Source: an uncultured Acidobacteriota bacterium (GTDB lineage: Bacteria > Acidobacteriota > Terriglobia > UBA7540). Taken from it: a DNA stretch of 64,000 nucleotides. The notes beneath the pieces are model-generated. The model was not told the origin of the DNA. It was given only the letters and a program-made list of their open reading frames with translations, and searched no databases. A program made the translations under genes and the position numbers. Location of the stretch: contig CAWDSK010000006.1 of NCBI GenBank assembly GCA_963804995.1, positions 2,108,698-2,172,697 on the forward strand, given 5' to 3'. This document shows, piece by piece, positions 59,877 to 64,000 of the stretch. How positions within the stretch are numbered: position 1 is the first letter of the stretch; each line of letters starts with the position of its first letter.

Positions 59877-61789
59877 GTTGCGGTAGGGATACCGGTTACC
59901 CGGTACCCCCCGCACGGATCCGTACGTGCGCTGGTTAGCGCATACGGCTCTTATCTCGGATGTGTGGCGGCGAACCGTTGGGATGGCCAAGGATGCACAA
60001 CGTGCGGAGCAGGCAACCAGCAGGCCGCAAGCTTCCCCAGTCGGTCCCAGTTGAGGCGGTGGCGTTGACTGCGTTGACGCAGTTGTGTTCGCCACAGTCG
60101 GGTCAACCGTTCCCGAAAGATTCGCAGGCGGTCGAGGTTTCCCGGTACCGCGTGATAGTTGAAGTAGCCTTGCACGACCGACCGGAGCCATTTACCCGTA
60201 TCCGCGATGGGATCGTGCCGACGCTGCCGGAGTTGTTGCTTGAGTTCCTGCAACTTCCCCCGCAGGCGCTTGCTGATCGTCTTCCGCTTCACGGTAAATT
60301 GCCCCCTCCGGTTCTTCCCGCTGATATGCGTGAAGCCCAGAAAGTCGAACGTCTCCGGCTTACCTTCTCCTCTCCGTTTCCGGTAAAGTTCGGCAAACGG
60401 CCCGAACTCGATCCGGCGCGTTTTGTCAGGATGCAGTTCCAATCCAAACTTCCCCACCCGCTCCCGGAAATCCTCCAGAAAGCGGTCGGCTTCCGTCTGC
60501 GATTGGAATCCAAGGACCGTATCGTCGGCATACCGCACCACGACCACGTCTCCCCGGGCGTGCTTCTTGCGCCACGCCTGCACCCACAGGTCAAAGACGT
60601 AGTGCAGATAGATATTCGCCAGCAGGGGCGAGACCACCGCCCCTTGTGGCGTACCCATCTCCGTCTCCGACCATTCGCCTTCCTCCATCACCCCGGCTTT
60701 CAGCCATTTCTGGATGAGCCGGAGAATCCGGGGGTCGGCGACGCGATGCTGCACGAACTTGAGCATCCATTCGTGGGATATCGAATCGAAAAATCCACGA
60801 ATGTCCGCGTCAAGAACGTAGTTCACGTGCTTCACCGTGAGCGCGTACGAGAGCGCGTCCAGCGCTTGATGCTGGCTGCGTCCCGGTCGAAAGCCATACG
60901 AGAAGCCCAGAAAGTCTTCCTCGTAAATCGCCTTGAGGATGGTGACCACGGCCTGTTGGACGATCTTGTCCTCCAGTGCCGCAACCCCCAACGGACGTTG
61001 CCGCCCGTCGCCTTTCGGGATATACGCCCTTCGCGAGGGCTTCGCTCGGAATGCTCCGCGGTGGACCCGGCTGTGCAGATCGACGAGTCGACCTTCCAGC
61101 CCGCTTTCATACTCCTGCCACGTCATGCCGTCTACTCCCGGTGCAGCTTTTCGCTTCAAGGCGTAAAAGCTTTCCCGCAGCAGATCGACCGTTAAGTGGT
61201 GGAGCAAGGCCGTGAACTTCATCTCCCTGTGTTCCTTCGCGGCTTTCCGCACACCCGCGAGTCCCTGGGACACGCGTGCCCCGCTCTGTGTCGGGTGCGT
61301 GTTAGGCCAACGGGTGTTCTCCTTGATCAGCGGCCTTCCCTCCTCATTCTCCGCCAACGGCTTCCCGTCTTTGTTCAAATGATTCATCGGTACTGTTCCG
61401 CTGTCCGACTCCTCGAAAGCGTGCAGGCGGGCTGTACGGCCATCGCCTTTTCCCGCCGTCCGGCCACGATCTACGGCGGCCGGCGCCTCCGAGGTCTCCC
61501 GGTTCTCGTGCAGAAAGTGTCTAGGCGTGTCTGGGGTCTACGACTACGCAGGACTGTGCCGGAACTCGCGTTGGCGTCCCGGCCTCATGTTGCCTTCCGT
61601 TTAGTCTGAAAACGTCGGCGTCCTGATTGGACATTTTCGAAGCTCAATACCCAGCCCACCTATTCCCCTGTTTACGCTTCACCGTGCGCCTCACGACGCC
61701 CAGCGCAAAACTCGGGGCCGAGTGGATCGCTACTTCTTCCTCGTGAGAAATTTTCATTCTCTGCTTTCTGCCGGTTTATCCCGGCGCAC
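59877..61789 (-). mobile_element. Group II intron, copy 1
   Basis: 5' GTGCG at 61789, domain V gagccgtatgcg..cgcacgtacggatc, 3' ..ccgcaAC at 59877. Confidence 0.93.
59951..61387 (-). CDS. ltrA: Group II intron RT/maturase, no endonuclease domain
   Basis: APGVDG, GFRPG, GTPQG, RYADD, FDFLG; start uncertain. Confidence 0.95.
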   Translation of the reverse strand: MNHLNKDGKPLAENEEGRPLIKENTRWPNTHPTQSGARVSQGLAGVRKAAKEHREMKFTALLHHLTVDLLRESFYALKRKAAPGVDGMTWQEYESGLEGRLVDLHSRVHRGAFRAKPSRRAYIPKGDGRQRPLGVAALEDKIVQQAVVTILKAIYEEDFLGFSYGFRPGRSQHQALDALSYALTVKHVNYVLDADIRGFFDSISHEWMLKFVQHRVADPRILRLIQKWLKAGVMEEGEWSETEMGTPQGAVVSPLLANIYLHYVFDLWVQAWRKKHARGDVVVVRYADDTVLGFQSQTEADRFLEDFRERVGKFGLELHPDKTRRIEFGPFAELYRKRRGEGKPETFDFLGFTHISGKNRRGQFTVKRKTISKRLRGKLQELKQQLRQRRHDPIADTGKWLRSVVQGYFNYHAVPGNLDRLRIFRERLTRLWRTQLRQRSQRHRLNWDRLGKLAACWLPAPHVVHPWPSQRFAATHPR

Positions 61790-62053
61790 CAGACCTCCGC
61801 TGTTGAGGTCTGCGGTTCTTCGTGAACCACTGGAGCGAATGTATCGTGGAGGGATGCAGCCGCCGGTGGTAGCACAGGCACTCCTGCCTGTGAATGTGGC
61901 TCGAGGTTCGAGCTTAGCGACACAGCCAGGAGTGGCTGTGCTACGCCGTCCCGGGTTGGAGATTTGGGGTTTTCCAATACGAAGAGCCGCGGACCCCAAG
62001 AACGGGGGACCGCGCTACGAAACAGGCCCGTCCGGGCCACCAGCGGCGTAGCG

Positions 62054-63966
62054 GTTGCGGTAGGGATACCGGTTACCCGGTACCCCCCGCACGGATCCGT
62101 ACGTGCGCTGGTTAGCGCATACGGCTCTTATCTCGGATGTGTGGCGGCGAACCGTTGGGATGGCCAAGGATGCACAACGTGCGGAGCAGGCAACCAGCAG
62201 GCCGCAAGCTTCCCCAGTCGGTCCCAGTTGAGGCGGTGGCGTTGACTGCGTTGACGCAGTTGTGTTCGCCACAGTCGGGTCAACCGTTCCCGAAAGATTC
62301 GCAGGCGGTCGAGGTTTCCCGGTACCGCGTGATAGTTGAAGTAGCCTTGCACGACCGACCGGAGCCATTTACCCGTATCCGCGATGGGATCGTGCCGACG
62401 CTGCCGGAGTTGTTGCTTGAGTTCCTGCAACTTCCCCCGCAGGCGCTTGCTGATCGTCTTCCGCTTCACGGTAAATTGCCCCCTCCGGTTCTTCCCGCTG
62501 ATATGCGTGAAGCCCAGAAAGTCGAACGTCTCCGGCTTACCTTCTCCTCTCCGTTTCCGGTAAAGTTCGGCAAACGGCCCGAACTCAATCCGGCGCGTTT
62601 TGTCAGGATGCAGTTCCAATCCAAACTTCCCCACCCGCTCCCGGAAATCCTCCAGAAAGCGGTCGGCTTCCGTCTGCGATTGGAATCCAAGGACCGTATC
62701 GTCGGCATACCGCACCACGACCACGTCTCCCCGGGCGTGCTTCTTGCGCCACGCCTGCACCCACAGGTCAAAGACGTAGTGCAGATAGATATTCGCCAGC
62801 AGGGGCGAGACCACCGCCCCTTGTGGCGTACCCATCTCCGTCTCCGACCATTCGCCTTCCTCCCTCACCCCGGCTTTCAGCCATTTCTGGATGAGCCGGA
62901 GAATCCGGGGGTCGGCGACGCGATGCTGCACGAACTTGAGCATCCATTCGTGGGATATCGAATCGAAAAATCCACGAATGTCCGCGTCAAGAACGTAGTT
63001 CACGTGCTTCACCGTGAGCGCGTACGAGAGCGCGTCCAGCGCTTGATGCTGGCTGCATCCCGGTCGAAAGCCATACGAGAAGCCCAGAAAGTCTTCCTCG
63101 TAAATCGCATTGAGGATGGTGACCACGGCCTGTTGGACGATCTTGTCCTCCAGTGCCGCAACCCCCAACGGACGTTGCCGCCCGTCGCCTTTCGGGATAT
63201 ACGCCCTTCGCGAGGGCTTCGCTCGGAATGCTCCGCGGTGGACCCGGCTGTGCAGATCGACGAGTCGACCTTCCAGCCCGCTTTCATACTCCTGCCACGT
63301 CATGCCGTCTACTCCCGGTGCAGCTTTTCGCTTCAAGGCGTAAAAGCTTTCCCGCAGCAGATCGACCGTTAAGTGGTGGAGCAAGGCCGTGAACTTCATC
63401 TCCCTGTGTTCCTTCGCGGCTTTCCGCACACCCGCGAGTCCCTGGGACACGCGTGCCCCGCTCTGTGTCGGGTGCGTGTTAGGCCAACGGGTGTTCTCCT
63501 TGATCAGCGGCCTTCCCTCCTCATTCTCCGCCAACGGCTTCCCGTCTTTGTTCAAATGATTCATCGGTACTGTTCCGCTGTCCGACTCCTCGAAAGCGTG
63601 CAGGCGGGCTGTACGGCCATCGCCTTTTCCCGCCGTCCGGCCACGATCTACGGCGGCCGGCGCCTCCGAGGTCTCCCGGTTCTCGTGCAGAAAGTGTCTA
63701 GGCGTGTCTGGGGTCTACGACTACGCAGGACTGTGCCGGAACTCGCGTTGGCGTCCCGGCCTCATGTTGCCTTCCGTTTAGTCTGAAAACGTCGGCGTCC
63801 TGATTGGACATTTTCGAAGCTCAATACCCAGCCCACCTATTCCCCTGTTTACGCTTCACCGTGCGCCTCACGACGCCCAGCGCAAAACTCGGGGCCGAGT
63901 GGATCGCTGCTCCTTCCTCGTGAGAAATTTTCATTCTCTGCTTTCTGCCGGTTTATCCCGGCGCAC
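62054..63966 (-). mobile_element. Group II intron, copy 2
   Basis: Same boundaries offset by 2177 bp. Confidence 0.93.
62128..63564 (-). CDS. ltrA: Group II intron RT/maturase, copy 2
   Basis: Three amino-acid differences from copy 1 (K/N, R/C, M/R). Confidence 0.95.
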   Translation of the reverse strand: MNHLNKDGKPLAENEEGRPLIKENTRWPNTHPTQSGARVSQGLAGVRKAAKEHREMKFTALLHHLTVDLLRESFYALKRKAAPGVDGMTWQEYESGLEGRLVDLHSRVHRGAFRAKPSRRAYIPKGDGRQRPLGVAALEDKIVQQAVVTILNAIYEEDFLGFSYGFRPGCSQHQALDALSYALTVKHVNYVLDADIRGFFDSISHEWMLKFVQHRVADPRILRLIQKWLKAGVREEGEWSETEMGTPQGAVVSPLLANIYLHYVFDLWVQAWRKKHARGDVVVVRYADDTVLGFQSQTEADRFLEDFRERVGKFGLELHPDKTRRIEFGPFAELYRKRRGEGKPETFDFLGFTHISGKNRRGQFTVKRKTISKRLRGKLQELKQQLRQRRHDPIADTGKWLRSVVQGYFNYHAVPGNLDRLRIFRERLTRLWRTQLRQRSQRHRLNWDRLGKLAACWLPAPHVVHPWPSQRFAATHPR

Positions 63967-64000
63967 CAGACCTCCGCCGTTGAGGTCTGCGGTTCTTCGT

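Larger units (their letters stand above)
59691..64000. repeat. 2177-bp tandem repeat (REP cluster + group II intron), at least two units
   Basis: 59691-61867 repeats from 61868 to window end with few SNPs. Confidence 0.92.

Noticed and set aside
15511..63372. Long antisense ORFs (e.g. 15511-17502, 18036-19679, 25053-26642, 35964-37508, 59960-61195)
   Set aside because: Shadow frames of GC-rich genes with recognisable products on the opposite strand
59691..64000. CRISPR array, retron or DGR around the RT genes
   Set aside because: No repeat-spacer array, cas genes, msr/msd or TR/VR; RTs sit in complete group II intron boundaries

Overview
GC-rich (~60%) bacterial window. Gene content and repeat style suggest Acidobacteriota (Terriglobia-like), which is inference. 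It holds ordinary metabolic genes (Ser/Thr kinase, oxidoreductases, aas-like acyltransferase, DPP-III, MttB, GH20, ppk1, glycosyltransferases) separated by many REP/MITE-like palindromes. Four features stand out. (1) A ~10 kb minus-strand redox operon (34.5-44.7 kb): Cyc2-like cytochrome-porin, cupredoxin, GltD/NfnB-like flavo-Fe-S oxidoreductase, Rieske, split cytochrome b, octaheme and monoheme cytochromes. A Cys-bearing Crp/Fnr regulator lies divergent to it, with a perfect TGTGA-N6-TCACA box between them. This is a candidate outer-membrane-to-NAD(P) electron conduit. (2) A 7.2 kb phage-satellite-like element integrated in tRNA-Ile. It splits a tRNA-Ile/tRNA-Ala pair and carries a CI/C4-like antisense leader RNA under back-to-back promoters. 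(3) Three group II introns of two types, all inserted in REP hairpins, two of them in a 2177-bp tandem repeat. (4) An unexplained ~105-bp element present twice in divergent intergenic regions. Several genes carry apparent single-base insertions that are probably sequencing errors. All calls come from reading motifs by eye; no database searches were run.
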